This document shows, piece by piece, positions 24,563 through 39,026 of a stretch of DNA of 64,000 nt. The notes under the pieces are model-generated. The model saw nothing but the letters and a program-made list of their open reading frames with translations. It was not told the DNA's origin and ran no database searches. Every line of letters begins with the position of its first letter. Positions within the stretch are counted from its first letter, which is position 1. The stretch is from Octopus sinensis (taxonomy: Eukaryota): NCBI RefSeq assembly GCF_006345805.1, contig NC_043019.1:7625360-7689359 (forward strand). The letters run 5' to 3'. The translations under genes and the position numbers were made by a program.

Positions 24563-25190
24563 ATGGATACACACATACATACACACAAGATACAGCATAC
24601 ATATATACATACATACATGAATGGATACGTACATAGCCATAAACAAAACTTACAAATATGCACATATACATGCATACATACATACATACATACATACATA
24701 CATACATACATACATGCATACACACATACATATATACATACATACATACATAGACACATACATACACACATAAATACATACATACATACATACATACATA
24801 CATACATACACACATACACACATAAATACATACATACATACATACATACATACACACATAAATACATACATACATACATACATACATACATACATACATA
24901 CACACATACATACATACATACATACATACATACATACATACATACTACATACATACATACATACATACATACATACATACATGCATACACACATACATAC
25001 ATACATACATACATACATAGATACATACATACACACATAAATACATACATACATACATACATACATACATACATACATACATACACACATACACACATAA
25101 ATACATACATACATACATACATAATACATACATACATACATACATACATACATACATACATACATACATGCATACATATATACATACAAA
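24563..25190. repeat. ~630-bp (TACA)n array
   Basis: Directly visible; source of the 214-274 aa MYVC/HTYI ORFs. Confidence 0.97.
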
Positions 25191-25399
25191 GAAAAATGCC
25201 CTGTTGATGTTCTTGTAATTGCAATGAACGAGTCTTCGATGTAAGTTAGAAACTGATTCTTTCTATTTTGGCAGAAAATCTTGAAATAAAACTGAAGAAT
25301 GACACACATATATTTATGTGCAAATATGTGTGAGTTTGTGTGTGTGTGTGCACCTGCACATGTGTCTGTGCATCCCTGTGTATTTGTGTGCATGTGTAT

Positions 25400-25490
25400 G
25401 CATATATCTATCTATCTCTCTCTCTCTATATATATATATAGAGAGAGAGAGAGCGAGAGATAGATAGATAGATAGATAGATAGATGGATG

Positions 25491-25535
<45 letters not shown>

Positions 25536-25536
25536 G

Positions 25537-25574
<38 letters not shown>

Positions 25575-25594
25575 CATATATATATATATATATT

Positions 25595-25636
<42 letters not shown>

Positions 25637-25672
25637 GGATAGATAGATAGATAGATAGATACATATATATAT

Positions 25673-25718
<46 letters not shown>

Positions 25719-25735
25719 GGATAGACAGACACAGA
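25400..25735. repeat. (GATA)n array with (TA)/(GA) interruptions
   Basis: Directly visible. Confidence 0.97.
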
Positions 25736-27375
25736 AGAGGTCTACCCACACCACTTGAACATGTACAACAAACTGAGAAGAATGACACTTGGTAGGATTT
25801 GATCTTAGAGAAGAAATATACGAAACGAATAATGTAAAACATATTCTTGTGCTTAGTTGGCCGCTTTAAGAACATCAGACTAGAAACAAGAAGCGAAGAA
25901 CAACAGAAACAAAATACAAACACAATTTAAAAAGAGCAAGTGGTCAACATAGCTGACTACTTTGATACTATGATCTTCCTCGTGTATCTTTTCAATCAGG
26001 TACGACCTGTGGTTAAATACCATCACCATCACCGTCACCAACAACAACAACAACTAAACAAAAAAATACCGTGGACAACAACAAATACATCGGTAAATAT
26101 AACAGCGGCAGCATTTACACAAACGTCCATTGAGATTTCGGTGCGTAGGCGTTATAATATAAGGTTATTAATTCAGTTGATTCCATCAGGCCTAACGTTT
26201 ATGGAATATACATTAATCTGATAAACCCTGTTGATAGCCGATACTCCCTGCGTACACACCGTTCTATATTCACAATAACACATCGTATCGCTCATACAAC
26301 TTCCTTTCATTCCTTACGTCCGTCTCTATCGCTTTTTTCCACTTTCGCTTTCGCTTTCTCTCTCCTACACACGTTGGTCTGTTTGTTTTCCTCACCTTTC
26401 ACCTAATGTCTACAGCGACCTTTCATTCGCTCCTTCGCATTCCTTCTATCGTTTTTACATTTCTCTGTCAGATGATCGCAGCATCTCTTTCCCCCCTTAC
26501 TTTCTGTGTGTCCGTGTGTGTGTACGTCTCCCGGTTTCCCTCTCTTTCAAGCGCAAACATATAGATATGCATATAAATACATACATACATACATATATAT
26601 ATATATTTACATATAAATTTACATACATTTATACGTATGTATATATATGTATGTATATATATATATGTTTGTGTTTTCTTGTTTGGATTAACTTTATATA
26701 TATATATATATATATATGCATATATGCACATACACACACACACATATATATATATATGTGAATGCATACACATAAATGTGTATATAATCGTGTTTATATG
26801 TATAAATACGTTTTCATATGTGTATCTTATACAAATACATGTATTTGTCTGTAAATATACACATCCGTATTTACATACTTATTATATGTATACCTACAAA
26901 TATGTATATGTTGTATAAATACATATATATATATACATATATACGTGTGTGTATGTCTCCATGTATGTATCTATATATATTCATATGCATAAATTTACAT
27001 GCATGCATATACATATATGTGTGTATGCATATACTTACATCAATGCATATATATATATATATATATGCATACACTGTTGTATACGAATACATATATCTGT
27101 GTATGCCTGTCTGTGTTTGTGATTCTCATTACTTCACAAACATATATATATTTCTCTTTAACCGAATTTCTGTCTCTCTCTCTCTCTCTCACACACACAC
27201 TAACGCATACACGCACGCACACACACACACACACAAACACCCACACACGCACACAACTCTCTCCGCTCCCCGATGTATATCGATTTACCAATGATATTAT
27301 CTTTCTGTGAACTTGCATACACTTATTCAATATTTTGGTATTAAAGTTTTATAACGTTAATCCTCCCTCGGTCAG

Positions 27376-27524
27376 CTCTGTGCTACGCTGATTGTCAACA
27401 CAAAGTTTATGAAAAAGGCCGCCATCTTGCTGCTATTCTCAACAACATCTCATACGATGAAATGGTCAAATTCATGGATTCTATGCATCCGTGTATGATT
27501 AAAAACATCCATAACATTGATATG
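27376..27524 (+). CDS. Weak candidate internal exon, unidentified
   Basis: Acceptor tcctccctcggtcag|, open frame LCYADCQHKVYEKGRHLAAILNNISYDEMVKFMDSMHPCMIKNIHNIDM, donor ATG|GTTTAG; unique sequence between repeats. Confidence 0.3.
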
Positions 27525-27643
27525 GTTTAGCTTTGGGAATGTGCATGCGCATGCGCGCGCACACACAAATGTACACACATATATCATACATGGTGTTGCT
27601 GTTGTAATTGTTGTTGTTATGATGATGATCATGAATGATAATA

Positions 27644-27646
27644 AAA

Positions 27647-27702
<56 letters not shown>

Positions 27703-27850
27703 AATAGTAATAATAATAATAATGATGATAATAATAATAATGATAATAATAATAGTAATAATAATAATGGTGATGATAATGATAATGGTAATAATAATAA
27801 TAATAATAATAATGATAATAATAATAATAATGATAATAATAACAATAATA
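27644..27850. repeat. (AAT)n/(GAT)n array
   Basis: Directly visible. Confidence 0.97.
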
Positions 27851-29630
27851 GACTATCGGAAATCATGAAATGGTTCCTCATTCGTGGATTATGCTTTCCT
27901 TGAAAATATTTGGAATTGCACACAATATAATAAACGTGAGTACCAAAGTGTGAATGCATGGACCTCTGTAGTCATATCGGGTAGGAAAAGATTAGGCTTT
28001 GTCAACATCAAGCATGGAATTTTCCAAGGAAATAGCTTGTCACCATTGCTTTGTGTATTGTGTATGATACCTTTGATTTTGTTTTGGAGAAACACAAAAG
28101 CTGGATATGATTTCACGGAAAGAAATGATCTGGAACTCTTCGTGAAAGAGGAAATCTGGCCGACTTCATCGAATCAAAGAGGGCAGCGCTTTAGCAAGAA
28201 AATTAGTATGGAAGCTGGGCTGCAAAATGTGGAGTGCTGGTTGTAAAAATAGGTAAGATCCAAAAAGGAGATAGAATAATGTTGCCTAGGCAAGCGGTAA
28301 TGAAGAGAGCAGGCAAAAAAGAATACAAATACCTGGACACATTGAAAGGAGGGAAATTGTTGGAAGAGAAATGAAGATATTTTCTCAGAAGTTTTACAGA
28401 AGGCAGAAATTTATTTTGAAAACTAAACTGAAAGGGAGAAATAAGTTCTGCGCAATATATTTACGGACAATTGGCCTCTTCAGGTATGGAGCTGGCGTGC
28501 TATCATCTCGAACATAGGAACTACGATTCTTGGATAAGAAGAGAAAGAAGTTACTGACAATACACAGGGCATTCCACTCGAAAATTAATGTTGATAAGCT
28601 ACGCCTTTCGTTAGAGAAAGACGGGAGAGGATTGATAAGATGGAAGTATTGCATTTAGAGAGAAGGGAAAACAGTGTTGCTTGATACATACAGAATACTG
28701 GTACAAGGCGCATGGCTCAGTGGTTAGAGCGTCGAGCTTACGATCGTGAGGCTGTGAGCTCGAATCCCGGACCGGGCTGCGTGTTGTGTTCTTGAGCAAG
28801 GCACTTTATTTCACGTTGCTTCAGTTCACTCAGCTGTAGAAATGAGTTGCGACGTCACAGGTGCCAAGCTGTATCGACCTTTGTCTTTCCCTTGGATAAC
28901 ACTGGTGGCGTGGAGAGGGGAGGCTGGTATGCATGGGCGACTGCTGGTCTTCCATAAACAACCTTGCCCGGACTTGTGTCTAGGAGGGTAACTTTCCAGG
29001 TGCAATCCCATGGTCATTCATGACCGAAGGGGGTCTTTACCCTTACTGGTACAATGAAGGCAGGTCTATTATGTACGGAAAACAGTGAATTAGAAAATAG
29101 AATTCAATGGAAGAGGAAAACATCTGGAAGGTTAAGATGGACAGTCAGTTATGGAGAAAGATTTCGAAGGATACAGACCCAGATAAAACGTGTGTGTTAC
29201 AAAAAAGTGACTCCATACCTCAAGCAGAGGCCACGCTATGTGCATCACAGGAACAAATATTAAGCTGTAATTATATCATGCACAAAACTGAGTAACCAGT
29301 AGATGCTGAAACATACAGAGTTTGAAGTGAATGCTGGTAAGTGGCCCAAAGAGAATGGATAAGGTGGCATGCCAATGTCGCCAGAATTGACGAATGAGCA
29401 ATATGTAACAATTCTGGATTCGAAAAAGCGAGAAAATAATGTGAGTGGTAACTTGAGGGATTTTATGATCTAATATAATCGTAGAATCAAACATCGAAAA
29501 CCCTGTCTGTACCGGCAGGAACGGAAGAAAGGTCAAACTATGCTTATAGACATCGATTCTGTTTGTAGCAAGAAAATTGTGGAAAAAACGGGGTAAAACC
29601 GATGGAATATGAAACCCTGAAGAAAGAAAA
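27848..29630 (+). pseudogene. Decayed R4/Dong-like non-LTR retrotransposon (RT, CCHC knuckle, restriction-like endonuclease), interrupted by a SINE
   Basis: Colinear broken motifs: IDYRKS.EMVPHSWI; NIKHGIFQGNSLSPLLCVLCMIPL; KCGVLVVKIGK..EYKYL; KLKGRNK..RYGAGVL..LDKKRKKLLT..HSKINVDKL..GRGL; EATLCASQEQILSCNY; SEC..VAQREW..HANVARI; LRDFMI..RRIKHRKP; MLIDID. Many stops and frameshifts. Confidence 0.85.
28707..29043 (+). mobile_element. SINE family B, full-length young copy with 11-bp TSD
   Basis: tRNA head (TGGCTCAGTGG A-box; GAGCTCGAATCC B-box), CORE-like ttgagcaaggcacttta..ctcagctgtagaaatg, 3' stem-loop GGTCA-TTCA-TGACC; TSD tactggtacaa at 28696-28706 and 29044-29054. Confidence 0.95.
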
Positions 29631-29914
29631 GAAAACAGTGATAAATAAACAAATACTTACATTGTTAAAAAAACTGTCGGTACTCTGGTTAGAGTCACCA
29701 AAAGAGAATCAAAATCATATTTTGAAAGACTGAGACTGCTATTCTTTTCGTATCAGCAAATAACAACATTTATTGCATTTGGTATAGAATCTGTCCATTA
29801 GTGAATTTTATATAATTACATTCAAAATTATGTTGAAATAATAATCGACAATAATAATTAAAATATCTCTCATTCTCTCTCCATTTATATATATATATAC
29901 ACCTATGTATCTAG

Positions 29915-29949
<35 letters not shown>

Positions 29950-30300
29950 CACATATATATAAATATGTAAATATATATATGTGTGTATATATGTATGAAT
30001 GGAGGCATCTATATATATATTTATATACACATATTTATGTGTGTATGTGTATAAATGAGTCTATGTGAGAGTGTGTATATATATGTATGTCAGCGTGCGT
30101 ATAGGGTTGTGTTTTGCACGTGTCATTATACCAATCACCATAGAGACACACAAGATACATAATTCATTTGTGTATTGTTAATTAATCCAATAATTAATTA
30201 GATATAACGAACTCTAACACGACCAGATTGCGTGCTTCCATTGGAAAAATTACACTTGTTGCAACTTACAGCAATATTTGTTTCGAATCAGCGTTCAGAT

Positions 30301-30450
30301 CAATATATCTATCTATCTATCTTATCTAACTTATCTATCTATCTTATCTAACTTATCTATCTATCTTATCTAACTTATCTATCTATCTATCTAATCTATC
30401 TTATCTAACTTATCTATCTATCTTATCTATCTCATCTATCTTATCTAACG

Positions 30451-30485
<35 letters not shown>

Positions 30486-30561
30486 TTATCTATATATCTA
30501 TCTATCTATTTATCTATATATCTATCTATCTTATCTATCTTATCTATCTATCTTATCTAAC

Positions 30562-30594
<33 letters not shown>

Positions 30595-30620
30595 GATTGA
30601 TCTATCTATCTATCTACATA
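30301..30620. repeat. (TCTA)n array containing a 22-bp minisatellite unit ttatctaacttatctatctatc
   Basis: The unit repeats three times in tandem from ~30322 and recurs later in the array. Confidence 0.9.
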
Positions 30621-31011
30621 CATATATACATCTATCTATCTACATACATATATGCATACGTATATACATATGGAGAATTTTATATAGACCGACAGACAGA
30701 CAAATGGATATATTGACAGACAGATAGACGTACCATCATATAGTCTGTGATATTTCGACGGTAAACAACAATAACAGAACAGTTTTGTTTAATTACAGGC
30801 AGGAATCATTCAAGAGTGTGTGTGTAGTACGACGTCACAATGTCTCTATAATCAAAAGTCCATACAACACAGACAATCGTATATTATCTTTATCATACTT
30901 ATAAATACCACCACACCACAGTATTCTCCATATCAACAACCGTGTGGTGGCATATGTATATGTATGTGTGACTTAATATTTATCTATCTCTCCACCTATC
31001 TATATTTCTAC

Positions 31012-31099
<88 letters not shown>

Positions 31100-31174
31100 T
31101 TATCCGACTTTTTGTCTGTCTGTCGGTCTATAGATCTATCTGTCAATCTTTAGTGTACGTATTATATATTTATG

Positions 31175-31430
31175 AAGGCGCATAACTCAGTGGTTAGAGT
31201 GCAACAAGCTCACAATCATCAGGTAGTGAGTTCCATACCCGGGCCGGGCTGTGTGTTCAGCTGTAGAAATGAGTTGGATAACATAGGTGACATGTAGGTG
31301 GGAAGCCGGTATGCATGGGTGACTGTTGATCCTGTAAAAATAAATTTACCCGGACTTGTGCCTTGGAGCGGGGGAACATTCTGGTACAATATCACGATCA
31401 TTTATGACCAAAGTGGTCTGTACTTTACCC
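31175..31430 (+). mobile_element. SINE family B, old copy with internal deletions
   Basis: ggcgcataactcagtggttagag..cccgggccgggctg..cagctgtagaaatgagtt..cccggacttgtg..tttatgacc aligns to 28707-29043. Confidence 0.85.
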
Positions 31431-32432
31431 CCAATACATATCTATACAAGTGGGATGGAATTAAAAAATGTTTGTTTATTGAAATATTTACCCAAGATGA
31501 ATTGATTATAATTCTCTTTAATTAGTTTATTGCTCGTAAACTTTAACAACAAACCATTATATGGATCCCGCAAGGGCACATGGCCCTCGGGTTGAGAACT
31601 GCTGATCAAGAAAGGCATTTCCATTCCACACAAGGAAACAAGTATAACTGAGTAAGAGATTTCGTATTTGGAATCCTTTATTATTCTTTAAATAGGCGAG
31701 GATTATGAACACTGCAGCTTTGTGGCTTTATGTTTGGCAACTAAAAGAGATGCAGTGTAAATTATATTTTAAAATTCAATTTATCATATGAGGCATTGCT
31801 GAGAATAGTAACAGACATATCAACGAGAGAGATTACTCTCGGAATATGCAGATGCAATGTCTGTGGTAGTTACATCAGTATGAATGTGGTTATCCATCCA
31901 TCCATCCAAATCTATCTCCATTTCTCTACGTCTTCTTTCTTCTCCTCTCTTTGCATCACCCTCTGTATCTCTCTGTCTCTCTCTCTCACACTTTCTCTCT
32001 CTCTCACTCTCTCTCTCTATCAATCTATGAATATATTTGTGTATGAATACACAGATATTGAATATACTTGTACACATGAGTATATATAAGTATATTTAGG
32101 AGCGTTTGGTTCAGCAGAGCATCTGACTTTGTAAAATATCGTAGTAGTAGTAGTAGTATAGTAGTAGTAGTAGTAGTAGTAGTAATAGTATAATGATGAT
32201 GCTGGTGGTGTTGGGTATTACAGGGAGATGCAGGAGCACTTTAGAGTTGAGTAGTATCAATATGTTACAATTTTCAAAATGGGGGTATCATACTGAGCCC
32301 TAAATTAATTTGTTTCTTGGCGCCATATTGCCTGGCATTTGAATTTGTTCGGCAATTTTCATTTCTTTACTTCGTTTTTGATTTACTAACAGATTGGTTT
32401 CGTTCATGTCATATTTTATACATGTATATCTG

Positions 32433-32504
<72 letters not shown>

Positions 32505-33319
32505 CTTATCTATCTATCTACCTACTTAACTACCTACCTACCTACATACTTACCTACCTACCTATCTATCTATGTGTCTGTCTCTCTCTCACTCTTTATC
32601 TCTCTTTCTCTCTCTCCCTCTGTCTATATATATATATATTTATGCATATGTCTGTCTGTCTGTGTGCGTGGGTATACAGTACTACGCGCTTCTATATCAC
32701 TCGCCATTCGCGGTAACTTTACAGCAATTATGGTGAATTGCCGCTGGTGGTGGTGGGGGTGATAGTGACGAAGGTGGCGGCGGCGATGGTGATACTGCAG
32801 GCGCTGACGATGGTGATGATGATGGAGGTGTTTGTAATGGTGATGGGGATGTTGGTGGCGGGATTACTACTATGATGATAGTGATGATGATTACAATAAA
32901 CGGTGATAATGATGTTCAACAGAAGTAAATAAAAATGTCGTCAACATTAGAAATATAGAATCGGAAATGAATTACACTCTCACCCCCCCCCCACACACAC
33001 ACACATACACACAAAACAAAACACATTCTCCATAACTAAAAAATATAACATCACAAATAAAATGAAGAACATTTGTAACGGAAGCTGATGACAAGTGTGT
33101 GTGTGAATATCTATGGAATTACCAAAATGTAGATAACAAAAGAAATAATAATAAATAAATAAACGCAGCAGAGGAGAGAAGAGAGAAGAAGGCAATCGAA
33201 TATTGTGTTGAAAATAATTAGGATTTCGGAGAATGATAGAGAAATTATCTTTCCTGCAGCGAGCAGACTAAGATGTCAGCGATATGATATCTTGCGATGA
33301 CGTTCGGTGATGTTGTTAC

Positions 33320-33411
33320 ATATATAGATACATGCATAGATAGATAGGAACATATATATATACATGTATTTGTGTGTGTGTATATATACATGTGCTTGTG
33401 TGCATATATAC

Positions 33412-33461
<50 letters not shown>

Positions 33462-33638
33462 ATACATGTATATATATATAAGACATACATATATACACAC
33501 GTAACTGTTCACAAATTTTTATCCCTGTATCTATATACTTACATACCTATTCTTACACATAGGCTCACACATATTTGTGTATGCGAGTAATTATATTATA
33601 TGTATATGTATATGTGTGTGTACATATAGATGTGTATG

Positions 33639-33670
<32 letters not shown>

Positions 33671-33843
33671 AACATATACATATATATACAAACATATATA
33701 TATATATGCATACATATATATATACACACATATTTATATATATGCATACATACATATATATATACATATATATATGCATACATACATATATATATATACA
33801 TATATATGCATACATACATATATATATACATATATATATATGC

Positions 33844-33906
<63 letters not shown>

Positions 33907-34020
33907 TATAAGTATATATATATATATATATATATACATATATATATACATGCATATGTATATCTATGCATACATACATATATATATATAATATATATAT
34001 ATATATATACACGTACATAC
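33320..34020. repeat. (TA)n/(TACA)n/(TGCA) compound microsatellite
   Basis: Directly visible. Confidence 0.95.
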
Positions 34021-35189
34021 CTGTATATAGGAATACATTTGCACTTGTTGACATGTTTCTACATAGTTAATCGTGCCTCTAACAGAAGGAAATCTTGTGA
34101 GGTGTAACATACACACACAACCACACATACCCACAAACACGATCACGCACAATTTCACATACACACATGAAACAAAAAAAAATGAATATAAGGAACAATG
34201 AGTGTTTTGTATCCTTTTTTTCCCCCGCTTCTTTCTCAGCTTTTCGTGTCTGTTTCGTGTCTCCTCCCTGGTTTCCCACCTCATCCAGTTATTATTTGTA
34301 TTACAATATTTCGTTTTGTTTCGAATTCTAAATAATCTAAGATAGAATTTCATTTATAGAAGCAATTTATCGTGAACCGAAAATGGAAATAGTTTCTATA
34401 ATTAAAAAAAAATTAACTGTTCGCTCTATCTCTTGCACTTTGCAACAATTTGTGTTCAGAAAAACTTAATTTTCATATCATACTACGTACATATTTATGT
34501 CTCGTCTTGAAAGTTAGTATGATACATTCCTGATTGCATTCCTAACTACACTTTTGCATAAATAGAGCCTATGGTAAAATGGATACATTAATATTGACTT
34601 CAGCTTAAACTTCGTCATCACAACCAGTAACTCCACAATCAGTAAGAAAATCAGCTACGATTATGAGATGTGATCATAGCTAGTATTTTGGAATAACAAG
34701 GATTATTAGCCGTCTTTTCGTTCTGATCAGGATACTGGACCAAATACCATGTTATCGAAACGAACCTCAAAATAAAACTATACATTAGTAAACAGAAAAA
34801 TTATTTTAAACTCGAAAACTTGTTATTCATTATTGAAGCCTAATTGCTATAAAAAATATTAGAAAACAAGCGAGTCGTCTGAGGTTGCAGACACATTATT
34901 CTTGGAACATGCAAGAATGTATTAAAAATTCTTCATGAGTCTTTAAAGAGACATATATTTTACAATTGGAGGAATGATGTAATCAAGGATGCATTAAATT
35001 GCAATGAAAACAATTTGATAGTAGCTTGAAATTTATCGATCATAGAGTTTTAAAACTCTACAGCTGAAGTGAGACCATTCAACACCGAAACGATACAAGA
35101 AGCATACAGAACATAATACCCAAACAGCAAGCATTTCCTCATCGATAAAAGATAATAAGGGCTGAATGGTCACAGTTCAAAGTAAATGT

Positions 35190-35534
35190 TAATGACGTCA
35201 CACAAGTACCAATCGCTATGACACTTTCTTGTTATAAAATGCCAGTTAATATATTACTATCAATTATTAAATAAATAGACGAGCCAATGAGAAGTCTCTT
35301 TAAATTTCTTATAGGGTTCTGATTCAACTTCTCTCATCAAGCCACGCCCTGGCGTCTTAAAGATAAGGTTCCAGTTCACTGCACCTTGTACAATTACGGA
35401 ATTGTCACGGCTGAAATGCCTTTAATTATCTAGATCTGCAGAATCAGGCTTGAATGGCTGAATAGACTTATTAAATTAAAAAACGAAGTCAACAAGGCTT
35501 TGGACCTGCCTGCCCAAAATTGTCACAATTAGGT
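35190..35534 (+). promoter_or_regulatory. Candidate Pol II promoter and non-coding first exon
   Basis: Perfect CRE TGACGTCA (35193-35200), CCAAT (35209; AGCCAATGA 35282-35290), Sp/KLF box GCCACGCCC (35341-35349), TATA-like TTAAAGATA, Inr-like CCAGTT (~35371), possible donor AG|GTACGC after 35532. Confidence 0.45.
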
Positions 35535-36847
35535 ACGCGTGTATGCAAGTATGTATGCATATGTGTATCTATGCACACACACATATATATATATCTAGAT
35601 AAACACACACACACACACATATATATATATACATACACACATACACATTGTATACATCTACATATAGGTATGCATATTATTCATAAACATAAGCAAGAAC
35701 ACACACGAAGACGAAAAGTGACGGTGAAGAGGTCACAGCTGTGTGACGAAGGATTTCCGGAAAATGAACATGAGGTAGAACAAGAAGAAGAATAAACGAG
35801 TGAATGACAAATATATATTGCGTGTGTTTATTTGGCAAAAGAAGAAATAATGAAGATCACGAAATGCAACAATATTGTAAACAGTGCTTTCGAAAAGCTT
35901 ACATTAGCAGAAGATCAACACACATAAACACACACACACACACACACACCACACACACACACATATGTATATATATACCTATGTATACATATATGAGTGC
36001 TTATATGGATGTGGGCGATGTGTTTGCATATGTGTGTGCTAAAAATCGACACGCATCTACTTCACTGTACATATTTTAATTAACTAAACCAAATAATTAT
36101 CACCGAGATTGCTCTATAACTAATTTAGAATTAATTAGTCCTATGGTAAATTTGTGTATGGAAAAAAGATATCATTTGGGAAATATATCTTCACAATATT
36201 CTGATAGAAACAAAATGGATATAAGTTGTCTTGATGGGAGATTTGCTACTGATCTCGCTACAGGCGTTCGATATAATATGAAGGTACGGACAACGAAATC
36301 GAAACGAACCATTTATATGAGGTTAATAAATTTTGGAGTGTTTTGTTGAAGGAGGTTTAAAATCTAATATTACCCCGGGTCAGTATATGTGAAATTTAAA
36401 TACGAGTATAGCTCCTATGGCAAAACTTCATTTTTATTAAGAACGCTATTGACTAATTATGAATTAATCTTAACAATGTCGGTGTATCTTGGAGAAAAAA
36501 GAAACTCGCTAAAAATTTAGAATATATTGAAACTAAGAGATCTTGTTTATCGACCGTTTCAGATTCCAGGTGCATCGTATAAAGTTTAGACTCGTAAAAT
36601 AAGTCTAGATTGTAATATAGTCAAGTTAGGTATGGTTTCGATTGTATGGTTATCAAATTAGATATGTTTTAAACATTTAAACAAGTGCGTATTATACATA
36701 AAACGAGAAATAAAATTGTGAATGACAAGGTAGACTTAACTGTATTTTGACAATGTATGTTTAATGAGGCTGCATTTTTAAAAGAGTGGAAACTTTGGCA
36801 AGAATTATCTCCTCTTAACATGTTTTGTGTTATATATCAGGACAACT

Positions 36848-36921
36848 TAAGGAGGTGGATTGGCGGAATTGTTAGGACGCCGGACAAAATTTTTAGCGGC
36901 ATATTATCCGTGTTTACGTTC
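36848..36921 (+). mobile_element. SINE family A head fragment
   Basis: aaggaggtggattggcggaattgttaggacgccggacaaaatttttagcggc..tttacgttct aligns with the A-family head. Confidence 0.7.
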
Positions 36922-37904
36922 TTCGATCTATCCTCTAATAACCTCTGCCGTATGCGTTTTTTCACTTTCTAGTTGTATGGGGTTTTGCGCCCCCAGCGAT
37001 ATATCTGGTATCATTCTAAAGAGAATATGGACAAATAGGGGAACGGAAGAACTAGATGGCGAAAGTAAATTTAGAGGAGACTATAAGTGAATGGAAAGAA
37101 AGAAAGGTGGAGAAGAGGTAAACAATGGAAAGATGAAAGAAAGAGACAAGGTTATGTGAATAAAAATAAAAAAAGGGAATAATCAGAACTCAAATCGAGT
37201 GAAGAGAAAAGAGCTACATAGAAGAATAAGAAGAACGAGAATAAATAGAGAAAGATGAAAAAGGTTGGATAGAAAAGAAGAAAAGAAAAAAAAAGAGAAA
37301 AGTGAGCAAAAAATGGTTTTGTTATAGAAGAAGAGAAGGGATAATGTTAAGAAAAAGTTTATCTGTGTAAAGGGATGAAGAAGGAAATAAGTTTGAATGA
37401 GGTGAAGGGAATGAAGACTGTGGAGAAGGAACGGAATTAGATTGGGTATATAAAGAGGAAGAAGGAGAGCAGCAGTAGTGGTGATGATGGTGGAGGAAAC
37501 AGGAGTAGTGGTAGTAGGAGCAGCAGTAGTAGTATTACTATAAGAAAAAGATAATAATAAAAGCGATGATGATGAATGAACGTGACGATGATCCTAACGA
37601 CCATGATGATGATAAAGAAGGATAAGAATAAGCGAAAGACGAGGAAGAAGAAGGAGAGTAAAGAAGAAGACAGCGGCTCACATTGGCAAAGGAATTACGG
37701 AGTGATTAATAGGCGCTTCTTTCAACTTTAGTTCTCATGTCTCAGCAATTTTTACAATATTGGAACTAATCTCTCCTGTAACGGGTCTCTTAGTCTCTCT
37801 TCTTCTCAATATGATATATTCCGTAGAAACACTTGTTTGGCCACCTCTCTTTCTCTTTTACAATGTACGTCTCTCTACCCTCCCCCTATCTCTCTATCTT
37901 TCTC

Positions 37905-38055
37905 TCTCTCTATATATGTAAACATATAATACTCACATACACGTATATATACATATATAGATATACATATATATATATATATATATATAACATATATATA
38001 TATATATATACATAATATATATATATATATACATATATATATTATATATACATAC

Positions 38056-38087
<32 letters not shown>

Positions 38088-38210
38088 CATTATATATATA
38101 TATATCATATATATAGATATATATAATATACATATATATAATATATACATATACATATATATATATATACATATATATATAATATATATATAATACATAT
38201 ATATATATAC

Positions 38211-38241
<31 letters not shown>

Positions 38242-38296
38242 CATATATATATATACATATATATATACATATATATATATACTATATATATATATA

Positions 38297-38327
<31 letters not shown>

Positions 38328-38392
38328 ATATATATAGATATATATATATACATATATATAATATATACATATATATATATATATATTATAAC

Positions 38393-38431
<39 letters not shown>

Positions 38432-38434
38432 CTA

Positions 38435-38485
<51 letters not shown>

Positions 38486-38486
38486 C

Positions 38487-38535
<49 letters not shown>

Positions 38536-38548
38536 CATATATATATAC

Positions 38549-38584
<36 letters not shown>

Positions 38585-38900
38585 TATATACATATATATA
38601 TAATATATATATAATATATATATATACATATATATATATACATATATATCATATATATATATACATATAGATATACATATATATATACATATATATATAT
38701 ATATACATATAATATATTATATATACATTATATATATATACATACATATATATATACATATATATATATATCTATATATATATATACATATATATATATT
38801 ATACATATATATATATATATACATATATTATATATATACATATATATATATATATACAGATATATATATATATATCATATACATATATATAATATACATA

Positions 38901-38952
<52 letters not shown>

Positions 38953-38977
38953 ACATATATATATATATATACATATC

Positions 38978-39026
<49 letters not shown>

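Noticed and set aside
24400-25393. Longest ORFs in the track (274, 247, 214 aa; also 45148-45837, 50235-50813, 33577-34107, 27450-27959, 61394-61903)
   Set aside because: They are translations of microsatellites or low-complexity tracts that lack stop codons by composition.
31560-31605. hAT-MITE-like right terminus (ggttgagaactgctg)
   Set aside because: No matching left TIR or TSD found nearby.
36841-36972. LRR-like peptide PDKIFSGILSVFTFFDLSSNNL after an AG acceptor
   Set aside because: The DNA is a SINE family A head fragment, and the LRR spacing is off by one.
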